From Mobula hypostoma (lineage: Eukaryota): 64,000 nucleotides of DNA. Both the position numbers and the translations under genes were made by a program. Location: NCBI RefSeq assembly GCF_963921235.1, contig NC_086097.1, positions 173,416,001-173,480,000 of the forward strand, read 5' to 3'. Shown one piece after another: positions 63,845 to 64,000 of this stretch (positions are counted from its first letter, which is position 1; every line of letters begins with the position of its first letter). The notes beneath the pieces are model-generated. The model saw nothing but the letters and a program-made list of their open reading frames with translations, did no database searches and had not been told where the DNA came from.

Positions 63845-64000
63845 TATCAGCGTCATCATTATCATTTTGTGTTGTGCCGGATGACATGGGAGATCATGGT
63901 CTTGACCATGATTGTTCTTGGAAAATTGTTCTACAGAAGTGGTTTGCCATTGCCATCTTCTGAGCAGTGTCTTTACAAGGTAGGTGACCCTAGCCATTAT
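63845..64000 (-). mobile_element. 3' part of the RTE-related SINE family of 19197-19547, cut by the window end
   Basis: Reverse complement of 19395-19545 (ttctacagaagtggtttgccatt). Confidence 0.75.

Noticed and set aside
1..64000. CRISPR arrays, operons, prokaryotic defence systems, rRNA or tRNA genes
   Set aside because: The sequence is eukaryotic intron. Recurrent motifs are dispersed TE tails rather than regularly spaced repeat-spacer units, and no intact structural RNA gene was seen.

Overview
This is vertebrate genomic DNA, not prokaryotic. The repeat repertoire (CR1, Rex1/Babar, Penelope-like elements, Deu-SINEs) suggests a cartilaginous fish, probably a ray or shark (inference). The window lies inside a very large minus-strand gene that I recognise as VPS13B (COH1). 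Only two coding exons fall in it, 44227-44118 (110 nt) and 27784-27637 (148 nt); both have AG/GT boundaries and join in frame. The rest is intron filled with nested transposons: CR1, Rex1/Babar, RTE, a young 5'-truncated L1, Penelope-like elements, a split Gypsy element, two related solo LTRs, a full-length decayed Frog Prince-like Tc1, hAT and pogo MITEs, and SINEs. AT-rich, repeat-free blocks between them may be conserved non-coding elements. Almost all ORFs in the supplied track are TE fragments or spurious. The most interesting signals are RNA-structural. (1) A 416-bp non-coding RTE-related retroelement (44735-45150, 11-bp TSD) whose first nucleotide coincides with P1 of a predicted HDV-like ribozyme fold. 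(2) A dispersed family of minimal hammerhead ribozyme motifs in Penelope-like tails. (3) A chimeric Charlie MITE carrying the end of a different hAT MITE. TE family names and protein matches are from recognition, not database searches. Boundaries without a TSD or TIR are approximate.
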